From an uncultured Acidobacteriaceae bacterium (GTDB taxonomy: Bacteria > Acidobacteriota > Terriglobia > Terriglobales > Acidobacteriaceae), in the NCBI GenBank assembly GCA_963726155.1, contig CAVSBF010000002.1, positions 601,975-665,974 of the forward strand: 64,000 bases of DNA, in the 5' to 3' direction. Each line of letters opens with the position of its first letter. Position 1 is the stretch's first letter. The notes under the pieces are model-generated. The model saw only the letters and a list, made by a program, of their open reading frames with translations. It did no database searches and was not told the DNA's origin. The position numbers and the translations under genes were made by a program. Positions 56,098 to 64,000 of this stretch are shown piece after piece.

Positions 56098-56373
56098 ATG
56101 CCTTTTCGTGGGCAGGGAAATCCGAATGGCGCCAAGCGCGGGCGCACTCCTCCTCCGGAGGAGACTTTCGAAGAAGCCACTTTTCTCAAAGCTCTGGGCG
56201 ACAGGCAGAAACCAGTGAACGTCAAGCTGATGGATGGCCAGACCGTGCGTGGGTGGATTGAATACTACGACAAGCACATGGTGCGGCTGACGCGCGAAGG
56301 TGAGCCCAATCTGTTTATTTTTAAGCACGAAATCATGTACATCGCGGAAGAATCCGGCACCACAAAGAAATAA
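56098..56373 (+). CDS. hfq: Hfq-like Sm-fold RNA-binding protein with basic N-terminal extension
   Basis: FLKALGDRQKPVNVKLMDGQTVRGWIEYYDKHMVRL ... LFIFKHEIMYI parallels Hfq Sm1/Sm2 (FL..L....V.I.L.NG..L.G.I..FD ... YKHAI). The N-terminal 30 aa are atypical. Confidence 0.6.
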   Translation: MPFRGQGNPNGAKRGRTPPPEETFEEATFLKALGDRQKPVNVKLMDGQTVRGWIEYYDKHMVRLTREGEPNLFIFKHEIMYIAEESGTTKK

Positions 56374-56454
56374 GTGCGGCTTCTGGAAGACGGCTTCCGC
56401 AGGCTGAGCGTCCCCCAAGTGCCACAGCAGTTTTGACCCGGCAGCCAAGTTTGA

Positions 56455-57358
56455 ATGTCCTCGAAGCCACCCAATCACGAGAGTTTCATCCCCGCCATGT
56501 CAGCGATCGCCCAGGAAGCGGGCGCGTTGCTGATGCACTATTTCCACCAGCATCTGAAGATTGAATACAAAGGGGACGCTGACCTTGTCACTGCGGCGGA
56601 TCGCGCCTCCGAGAAGCTGATTCGCGAGCGCATCCTTGCGCAGTGGCCGGGACACGATGTTCTAGGCGAAGAGCAGGGACTCAGCGATCAGGGCAGCGAC
56701 TACCGTTGGTATGTCGATCCGCTCGATGGCACTACGAACTTCGCGCACGGATACCCTGTGTTCTGCGTATCCCTGGGTTTGGAATACAGGGGATTGGAAT
56801 ACAGGGGATTGGAATATCAGGCGCCGGCGCAGCGATCGGCGGGGCGAGAGCGCCAGCCGTGTTGCGGCGGTAATCTACGATCCTACGCGCGATGAGTTGT
56901 TTACGGCGGAGCAGGGAAGAGGCGCGCGGCTGAACGGCGAATCAATCCACGTTTCGAAAACCGCTACGCTGAAAGAAAGTCTGCTGGCCACCGGGTTTCC
57001 CAGCCACAAGCGGCACAAAAATCCGAATATTTATTTTTACCACCAGATCACGCTGCACACCCATGGCGTGCGCCGGGCGGGATCTGCTGCGCTCGATTTG
57101 TGCAACGTGGCTTCTGGACGCTACGACGGCTTCTGGGAGTTCAACCTGAATCCGTGGGACACTGCAGCGGGCGTGCTGATTGTAGAAGAGGCGGGCGGGA
57201 AAGTAACGCGGTTCGACGGATCGCCTTTTGAACTCAATAGCCGCGAGACCCTGGCCTCCAACGGCCTGCTGCATGAAGCTCTGCTCGCGGAGTTCAAAGA
57301 AATCTTTGCCGGTCGCGGCATGGAGCCGCTGCCGGACCCGCGCGAGTACCAGCGGTAG
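56455..57358 (+). pseudogene. inositol monophosphatase family (SuhB-like) gene with an in-frame 15-bp tandem duplication and an apparent +1 frameshift
   Basis: Frame 1 carries ... DLVTAADRASE ... WYVDPLDGTTNFAHGYPVFCVSLGLEY. Frame 2 carries VAAVIYDPTRDELFTAEQGRGARLNG ... WDTAAGVLIVEEAGG. The span is 904 nt (3n+1). Confidence 0.65.
56779..56820 (+). repeat. 15-bp tandem repeat (about 2.8 copies) inside the IMPase coding sequence
   Basis: TTGGAATACAGGGGA occurs twice, followed by TTGGAATATCAG. It encodes LEYRG-LEYRG-LEYQ. Confidence 0.9.
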
Positions 57359-57485
57359 ATTTTCCCTCTCTGCGACCGATCCGTGGGCTTCCGGCTAAAC
57401 CTGCTGGGGGCGGCGGCGTTACAATAGTCAGGGACTGGGTAGCCGCTTCCGCCTGTCCTAATCCTTCGCTCCTACAGGCTGAAAC

Positions 57486-59514
57486 GTGATCAACTCTCTT
57501 CTCGAACGCAAGATCGAAAAACGGCCGGACCAAGTCCGGCTGCAAGGACGCATTCTTTTTCTCACCGAAGATCCTGATCTGATCAAACGGCAACTCGCCG
57601 GGGAAGACCTGCCTTGGGATACGAAGAATCCAGCGAATAATCCCAAGCTTCGCGATGACATCTCGACTGACGAAATTACGCCCGCGCATTATTGCTTTTA
57701 TTTCGATGAGACGCTGGGCGAGATTCCTTATCTTGGATTAAAGTGCGGGAGCGTTACGCCGATTGGACGCGGGGATGTGAAGCGCGGCGGCTTTGTGTGC
57801 GCGGTCAGCGGCAAGCGGCGCGGCAAAGGATCGAGCCGCGAACAGTCTCCTTATGCGGAAATGTGCGCTGGAATTCAAGTGGTGATAGCCGAAAACATCG
57901 AACGCATCTACAAACAGAATTGCCAGAATCTCGGAGTGCTGACCTCGACTAACTTTTCTCTGATCAATCGCATTCGCGGCGGAGAAGAGATTCCGCTCAG
58001 CGAGTTCACCGCTGGCGAGGATGAGATTACTCGTCAGGTGATCGAATACGGCGGTCTGTTTCCCTTTAATGTCGCGCGCATGCAAAAGAAAGTGTTCTTG
58101 CCACCGATCAAAACCGAAAAGCGTCCGATGACCGTGGCGGAGAAGATCTTTGCCCGACACATGGTGAATGAAGATGGCGGCATTGGGCGTGAGCAGCGTA
58201 AAGCCCGGCGATACCGGTTTTGCCCAGGCCGATCTCCGATTCAGCCACGAGTACGTCACGCCCATGGCGGCTATTTTCTTCGAGCGCTACGTGGGGAAAG
58301 ATGCAAAGGTCAACGATGCTTCCAGTATTATTTTCTTCCGTGACCATCTGACGTTTCTCGACGAAGTAATTTCCGAGGAAAAAAAGAAACTCGGCTTGCT
58401 CGACCTGGCGACGCAACTCAAGCTGAAGCAGCAGGACTTCGCCGCCAAGCAAGGAATCAAGCTGCACGGCGAGTTGAAAGATCGCAAAGGATCGGAAGGC
58501 ATCTGCCATTCGATCGTCCTCGAGAGTTATGCGCTGCCGGGCCAACTCAACATCGGCTCGGATTCACATACTCCGCACGTGGGCGCGATTGGCTGCGTCG
58601 CTTTTGGGATTGGCACGACCGACGTGTTCAATGGCTGGATTACGAAAGACGTCCGCGTGAAAGTGCCGGAATCAGTGAAGATTTTGATTCGCGGCAAGCG
58701 GCGCGCGAATGTTACAGCGAAAGATTTTATCCTGAAGATTCTCAGCCTCGACTACGTGCGCAGCGGCAAGGCGCTGGCTAAGGTGATGGAGTACGCGGGC
58801 GAGGCCATCGAGGAGCTCAGCGTCGACGAGCGTGCCACTATGACCAACATGGCGGCTGAAATTGGCGGATTTACCGGCATCGTGGCGCCGGATAAGAAAG
58901 CGGTTGATTTTCTGGTGGAGCGGCGGGGTACGAATCGAGCCAAAGCTCAGTCGATGATTGAGGGATTATCGAGTGATCAGGATGCTCAGTATGCGCATGT
59001 GATCGAACTCGACGCGGCTGAGATTGGACCGATGGTTGCGACTCCGGGTGATCCCGGCAATGGGAAGTACATCCGAGACCTGCACACGCCCGTGCCGGTC
59101 GAGATCGCCTACGGGGGCACCTGCACCGCTGGTAAGAACGAAGATATGGATATGTATGCCGCCGTGCTGGCCGATGCTCTGAAGCAGGGGAAACGCGTTG
59201 CCGACTCGGTGAAGTTCTACATCCAGTTCGGCTCGCAGGAGACGCGCGAATATTGCATTCGTAAAGGCTACCTGGGTGTGTTTCAAAAAGCCGGCGCACT
59301 CGTGATCGAGCCCAGCTGCGGCGCCTGCATCAATGCCGGGCCGGGAGTTTCGACGCGACCCGACCAGGTGGTGATCAGCGCACAGAATCGGAACTTCCCG
59401 GGCCGTAGCGGTCCGGGACAAATGTATCTCGCCTCGCCCTTAACGGTCGCTGCCAGCGCCGTGGCGGGATACATTGTGGAGTATGAACCCAGTGCGGCTT
59501 TAGTGAGCGCCTAA
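57486..59514 (+). pseudogene. aconitase-family dehydratase with LeuD-like swivel domain N-terminal to the LeuC-like catalytic domains; apparent +1 frameshift
   Basis: Frame 1 carries DDISTDEITPA ... GKGSSREQSPYAE ... then MTVAEKIFARHM. Frame 2 continues VKPGD ... GSDSHTPHVGAIG ... GGTCTAG ... EPSCGACINAG ... NRNFPGRSG. The span is 2029 nt (3n+1). Confidence 0.65.
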
Positions 59515-59700
59515 CCTATCCTCCTTGTAAGTGGTTGAATCCACGCCTAGTGGCTGAAATCAGCCAGTCTCAGGATTGCAACTTTTCTTTGTCATCCGAG
59601 TTCAAATAGATAGGTGCTTCCGGATTGAAAAAAGATCGGAAGACCTGCAGATCCGCAGTGGGGCTGGAACGACGGATCTGGGAAAAGGGGATTCACCATC

Positions 59701-60225
59701 ATGAAATACATAAAATATTTGGCTCTGGTAAGCGTTCTGATGCTGCCGTTGGCCTACTCCCAGGCGCAGGTTAGCGTGGGAGTTGGGTTTGGGCCGGGTT
59801 ATGTAGGCGTGGCGCCAACCTGCGCTTACGGCTACTACGGATACTACCCTTACGCATGCGCGCCTTACGGCTACTACGGGCCTGACTGGTTTGTGGGCGG
59901 CGTGTTCATTGGCGCCGGTCCTTGGTACGGCTGGGGACACGGCTGGGGCGGCGGTTGGGGTCACGGCTACTACGGACGCGGAGGCTGGGCTTATGGCCAC
60001 GGCGCATGGGCTGGTGGTCGTGGCTACTACGGAGGCGCCGGATATGGTGCACGAGGCTACGCCGGACGCGGTTATGCCGGACGCGGTTACGCAGGTGGTG
60101 GGTTCCACGGTAACGAGTTCCACGGCGGCGGAGGCTTCCACGGTGGAGGAGCTGGCGGGTTCCACGGTGGTGGTGGCGGATTTCACGGTGGCGGCGGTGG
60201 CCACGGCGGCGGCGGGCATCGGTAA
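59701..60225 (+). CDS. secreted Gly/Tyr/Trp/His-rich low-complexity protein
   Basis: Signal peptide MKYIKYLALVSVLMLPLAYSQAQ, then YGYYGYYPY, GWGHGWGGGWGHGYYGRGGW, three GRGYA repeats and four GGFHGGG repeats, ending in HGGGGHR. Confidence 0.65.
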   Translation: MKYIKYLALVSVLMLPLAYSQAQVSVGVGFGPGYVGVAPTCAYGYYGYYPYACAPYGYYGPDWFVGGVFIGAGPWYGWGHGWGGGWGHGYYGRGGWAYGHGAWAGGRGYYGGAGYGARGYAGRGYAGRGYAGGGFHGNEFHGGGGFHGGGAGGFHGGGGGFHGGGGGHGGGGHR

Positions 60226-60386
60226 TCGAGCCTGACGCAGGCTTAAACCACAGGGCAAAATGGCTGGCAGCAACCACTGCCGGCTGTTTTGTTTTTGCGG
60301 AGCATCTCTATTTCTTGCTAGAATGTGCGTTCTCGCGGGACTACCGTAGTAAAATACCAGCATCCAGTTCAGGAGACCGCACCGTT

Positions 60387-60647
60387 ATGACTTATGTAAT
60401 TGCAGAACCCTGCATCAACACGAAAGACACCGCCTGCGTGGATGCGTGTCCCGTGGATTGCATTCATCCCAAGAAAGATGATCCCAAGTACGCGACCGAG
60501 CAACTGCTTTATATCGATCCCGTGGAGTGTATCGATTGCGGCGCGTGCGTGCCCGTGTGTCCGGTGTCGGCGATCTTCGCGCTTGACGATCTGCCGGAAA
60601 AGTGGAATTCGTTTACCGAGCTCAACGCCAAGTATTTCGGACGATAA
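60387..60647 (+). CDS. fdxA: 7Fe-type ferredoxin (FdxA-like)
   Basis: MTYVIAEPCINTKDTACVDACPVDCI ... CIDCGACVPVCPVSAI gives the cluster-binding cysteine patterns. SD AGGAGA lies upstream. Confidence 0.88.
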   Translation: MTYVIAEPCINTKDTACVDACPVDCIHPKKDDPKYATEQLLYIDPVECIDCGACVPVCPVSAIFALDDLPEKWNSFTELNAKYFGR

Positions 60648-60674
60648 ACTGGTTGCAATCAGGCGGACATTATG

Positions 60675-60708
60675 GCGCGCATCCTCGAGGGATGCGCGCT
60701 TTGCTTTT
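60675..60708 (+). terminator. intrinsic terminator after the ferredoxin gene
   Basis: GCGCGCATCC-TCGAG-GGATGCGCGC (10-bp stem) followed by TTTGCTTTT. Confidence 0.75.
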
Positions 60709-60710
60709 CC

Positions 60711-60748
60711 CGCTCACACTTTTCCTGCTCACACTTTTCCCGCTCACA
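60711..60748. repeat. intergenic 15-bp tandem repeat (about 2.5 copies)
   Basis: CGCTCACACTTTTCC, TGCTCACACTTTTCC, then CGCTCACA, between convergent genes. Confidence 0.85.
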
Positions 60749-60758
60749 ACCAATCGCC

Positions 60759-61211
60759 CTAATTTTTATTTATGGTGAAGGTCCCGTTTCCGCTGCACCC
60801 AGCCACGCCAGTGAGAGTCCATGTGCCGGTGATCGTGCTTCCGCTGACCGCGCCATTCAAAGCTAACTGATTGTTCGTACCACTGGAAAACGTAGTTGAA
60901 ATATTCATCCCGAATGTGCCTGCAACGTTCCCGTTGAAGTTGCCGCTCAGCCCGAAAGAACCGGTTTCCGTGGTGTCGCCGGAAAAACAAGGGCTGGTGG
61001 TTGTGAACTTAAAGTTGGTGACGCTTATCGAGCCGCCGCTTTCCTGAGTAAAGTTCGTGGTGAAGCCAAACGCCGGAGAATTGTCCGTATTGGTGAGATT
61101 GGCGGTCCAGGCGCCATTGATGTTCCCTGAATTCGAGTTATTGCTACTCCCGCATCCTATCGTTACCAATCCCAGCGACAAAAGAATAATCATTCCGAAT
61201 GATCTGTACAT
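60759..61211 (-). CDS. lipoprotein, Gly/Ser/Thr/Asn-rich
   Basis: Lipobox LVTIGC after a hydrophobic signal. 150 aa with beta-rich composition. Confidence 0.65.
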   Translation of the reverse strand: MYRSFGMIILLSLGLVTIGCGSSNNSNSGNINGAWTANLTNTDNSPAFGFTTNFTQESGGSISVTNFKFTTTSPCFSGDTTETGSFGLSGNFNGNVAGTFGMNISTTFSSGTNNQLALNGAVSGSTITGTWTLTGVAGCSGNGTFTINKN

Positions 61212-61591
61212 ATGCCCTCCACTCTAGAAAGTTGCAGATCATATGGAGGACAAAAATGTCTTGGCTGTTGCTCGGGATGAAACTGTAGAGGCCGCAGCTA
61301 AGAACAGCACCGTCTGGATTTGGCTGGTTGGGGCATGCCAAACACTCTGGACTACCGCCGCAAGCTCATTCTTCACGCACCGAGGCGGATCTCCAGGTCC
61401 GCTAAAGTGATGGCGGGATCTCCCCGATAAAGAATGCAGCCCCTCTCGCGGGCAAGGTTTCGGGTGATTCTCGTCACAGGCTCGCGTGATGCCTATCATT
61501 TTCAAAGAATAGAGTGAGCCGTAGCATGGTTTTCGGAAGCACCTTCGCGAGCTGGCCAAGGCCGGACAACGTGAAAAAGGACGGTACCGCG

Positions 61592-61864
61592 ATGTCAGAA
61601 AGCATCCCGACGTTTCAGTACCACAGCAATCGCTACCATGCGGCGGCGGCGTGCGAACATTGCGAGGGGATCATCCGGCACGAGAACTGGTGCATCACAC
61701 GCGACCCGATTGTTTACTACGCCTACCAGATTGTTGCTGACCCATCTGAGTTGACGATCGGCGACGCTCTCATTCTCCACTCGCTTGGAGTAACGTGGGA
61801 ACGCAATAAGAGTCAGGTCGGCTGCCAGGGAAATTGCTCGGCCGGTTCACGCATCCAAGCCTAA
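61592..61864 (+). CDS. hypothetical small Cys/His-containing protein
   Basis: The ATG at 61592 follows AAGGA. The CEHCEGIIRHENWC motif is present. 90 aa; the longer ORF would start at 61514. Confidence 0.45.
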   Translation: MSESIPTFQYHSNRYHAAAACEHCEGIIRHENWCITRDPIVYYAYQIVADPSELTIGDALILHSLGVTWERNKSQVGCQGNCSAGSRIQA

Positions 61865-61955
61865 GTCTGGGCAAAATTAGACTACGCCTTGGGCACAAGC
61901 TGAATTTCGAAGATTTTAGGGAAAGCGGCTCCCAGTCACGGACAAGCTTTGGCCA

Positions 61956-62378
61956 TCAATCGCTATTGGCGATCCCGCGAGCCTGCGCAGATCCCACGAC
62001 ACTTTCGATGCTCGGCAGCAAGTCCGTCGCAAGCCGGCTCTTATCGACACAGCCGTTCGCACCGGCTTGAATCGCACTGGGTAGCAGCGAGGCGGGGTCA
62101 TGTTGACTCATGATCAAAATCTTCGCGTCAGCGAGTTCATGACGAATCGCACGCGCCACCTCCAAGCCATTCATGCCCGGCATGCTGATGTCCAACAGGA
62201 TGACATCGGGACGGGATTCTTGGACTTTCTGAATTGCTTCCTCGCCGTCTTGCGCCTCGGCGCAGACTTCCCAATTTTTCCTGGAAGCCAGAATATCAAT
62301 CACACCACGCCGGACCAGAACGTTATCATCGACCACAAGAATTCGCATGGAGATTGCCGATACTCTTGGTTTCTTCAT
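61956..62378 (-). CDS. stand-alone receiver-domain response regulator
   Basis: ILVVDDN ... VILLDISMPGMNG ... IMSQ ... gives the REC motifs. There is no output domain. An ATGA overlap joins it to the upstream kinase gene. Confidence 0.85.
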   Translation of the reverse strand: MKKPRVSAISMRILVVDDNVLVRRGVIDILASRKNWEVCAEAQDGEEAIQKVQESRPDVILLDISMPGMNGLEVARAIRHELADAKILIMSQHDPASLLPSAIQAGANGCVDKSRLATDLLPSIESVVGSAQARGIANSD

Positions 62379-64000
62379 CCAACTGATACGGGCTGGACAA
62401 CCGGTGCGTGTTTCGGAGGATCATTTTTCGCAACTGGAAGGCTGAAAGAGATGGTGGTCCCCTGACTGTTGGACTCAATGGTCATGTTGCCGCCGAACTG
62501 GCGGACCCGCTCACGCATTCCGGTCATTCCAACTCCTGAGCCTTTGGCCTGAATCTCAGCTAGCCTTTCCGGCGATATTCCTTTGCCCTGATCCTGCACT
62601 TTAAGTGAAACCTCGTCGGTGTGGCGTGTCATATGAATGACTGCGCTCTTGCTGCCGCTGTGGCGATGAATGTTTGTCAGGCATTCCTGCACCAGGCGGA
62701 ACATAACCAGTTCCATCTCGCGCGAGAGTCTGCCGAAGTTCTCGGTCACGTTGAGTTTAATTTCCAAACCGTTTCGTTCCGACAGCCCCTGGATATACCA
62801 GCGAACGGCTTCTGCCAAGCCAGTCTCATCCAACAGCGGCGGATGCAAGAGGTAGGACATCGTCCTTATTTCCTGATTCAGCTGCTGCACTAACTGCTGG
62901 CTGTCTTCCGCCTCCTTGACCAGGCTGAAGCCATCCTGACGCGCGTGTTGCGCCACCCGGGATAGATTCATTCCCAGAGCGGTTAGAATCTGGCCGGCGC
63001 TGTCATGGAGTTCGCGCGCAATGCGGCGGCGTTCTTCGTCTTGTACCTGCAACAATCGTACGGATAGATCGCGCAATTGTTGGGACTGCCGTATGACATC
63101 GGCGTTGCGGAATTCCAATTCCCGGGTGCGCTCGCGCACTTCCGCGTCCAGTGTTTCTGCCAGGTTTTTATAATTTTCCTCGGCACGCTTAAGCTCGGTG
63201 ATATCCACTCCCGTGGGGTGCAGAAAAAGTATCCGCCCTTCGTGGTCTCGAATTGGATAAAGCGCAAAATCCGCGATGTGCTCACTGCCATCTGCCCAGG
63301 AATAGCGGAGCGTCTCCCTGTAAGGAACGCCTTTTGCGACTTGCGGCGTCGCGGTCCGGATTTTTTCCCGTGATTCTGGGATGACCTTCCACCATGCGCA
63401 GTCCCAGAGGGGGCGACCCAGAATCTCTTCCGCGCGGTAACCGCATGCATCCAGGCACAACCGGTTCGCGTCAATCACCGTTCCGTCGAGGGTCATGATT
63501 CCAGCAAACACGGTTGTTTGTTCGAATACAGCCCGGAATTTTGCATTGGCGGCGACCGCTTCGGCGGTCATTTGCCGCTCCCGTTCCTCGATCCGTTTTC
63601 GCTCAGTAATATCGAGCGTAAGGCCGTCGAAGCGCGTCGGCTGACCCGATACATCGTAAAACGTTCGGCCAATCGCCCGGATCCATTTCTGCCGCCCGTC
63701 GGGCGCAACCGTGCGGTACTCGATGTTATAAGGAATATCGTTCGCGTTGCTATCTTCGATTGTCTGCCTTGTGCGTTCGCGATCATCTGGATGCAAGCGC
63801 TCGTAGAATGTATCGATGGTTACCTCGGCATCCGAAGGCAGCCAGAAATGTTCTTTGACTTTGTGATCCCAGATTAGCTTGTCAAAGGGAAGATCGCAGA
63901 ACCAGAAGCCCACCTGCGATGCTTCCGCAACCAGATCAAAACGCTCGCGCTGCTTGCGCTCCAACTCTTCAGCTTGTTTTCGCGGAGTGATGTCGAGCAC
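62375..64000 (-). CDS. multi-PAS sensor histidine kinase, HisKA_3/NarX-type (5' end outside the window)
   Basis: PAS repeats, H-box RIARELHDSAGQILTAL, and HATPase_c (ECLTNIHRHSG, DQGKGI, GVGMTGMRERV). The ORF runs off the window end. Confidence 0.88.
   Translation of the reverse strand: MLDITPRKQAEELERKQRERFDLVAEASQVGFWFCDLPFDKLIWDHKVKEHFWLPSDAEVTIDTFYERLHPDDRERTRQTIEDSNANDIPYNIEYRTVAPDGRQKWIRAIGRTFYDVSGQPTRFDGLTLDITERKRIEERERQMTAEAVAANAKFRAVFEQTTVFAGIMTLDGTVIDANRLCLDACGYRAEEILGRPLWDCAWWKVIPESREKIRTATPQVAKGVPYRETLRYSWADGSEHIADFALYPIRDHEGRILFLHPTGVDITELKRAEENYKNLAETLDAEVRERTRELEFRNADVIRQSQQLRDLSVRLLQVQDEERRRIARELHDSAGQILTALGMNLSRVAQHARQDGFSLVKEAEDSQQLVQQLNQEIRTMSYLLHPPLLDETGLAEAVRWYIQGLSERNGLEIKLNVTENFGRLSREMELVMFRLVQECLTNIHRHSGSKSAVIHMTRHTDEVSLKVQDQGKGISPERLAEIQAKGSGVGMTGMRERVRQFGGNMTIESNSQGTTISFSLPVAKNDPPKHAPVVQPVSVG

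Noticed and set aside
59602-60363. 253-aa ORF antisense to the Gly-rich protein gene
   Set aside because: Codon-aligned antisense of a GGN-rich gene, which gives Pro/Ala/Thr-rich nonsense. The sense ORF has a signal peptide.
56779-60748. The two 15-bp tandem repeats as CRISPR-like arrays
   Set aside because: The units are directly adjacent with no spacers and there are fewer than 3 copies. One lies inside a coding sequence, and no cas genes are present in the window.

Overview
Moderately GC-rich bacterial chromosomal segment. It looks acidobacterial by inference: two TIGR03436-type VWA proteins, a CarboxypepD_reg TonB-dependent receptor and a TIGR03118-like protein. Most of the roughly 60 genes are housekeeping or metabolic, including uvrB, lon, glutamine synthetase, pheA, metC-like, a fused E1 dehydrogenase, a MoaD-MoaE fusion, ferredoxin and an Hfq-like protein, plus sensory genes (BLUF, two-component systems, an orphan CheR). 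No rRNA, tRNA or CRISPR array was recognised. Four things stand out. (1) A 5097-bp IS1595-family (ISNwi1-like) element at 27700-32796 has 26-bp terminal inverted repeats and a perfect 8-bp target duplication (CAAATTAG). It carries AT-richer passenger genes: a secreted alpha/beta hydrolase, an orphan membrane protein and a small basic protein. A complete IS110-family element is nested between the passengers. (2) A toxin mini-island lies beside uvrB: a Phd/PIN pair next to a zinc-ribbon ORF overlapping a HEPN-motif (Rx4H) ORF. A HigB/HigA-like pair sits elsewhere. (3) Four genes are each broken by one extra nucleotide, and each break window contains a plus-strand G-run that would repair it. This suggests systematic indel error rather than true pseudogenes. 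(4) Smaller oddities include 15-bp tandem repeats (one inside an IMPase gene), a REP-like double hairpin present twice, an SD-sequestering hairpin before lon, a Gly/Tyr/His-rich secreted protein and a small Cys-containing secreted peptide. All functional calls come from motif recognition by eye; no database search was possible.
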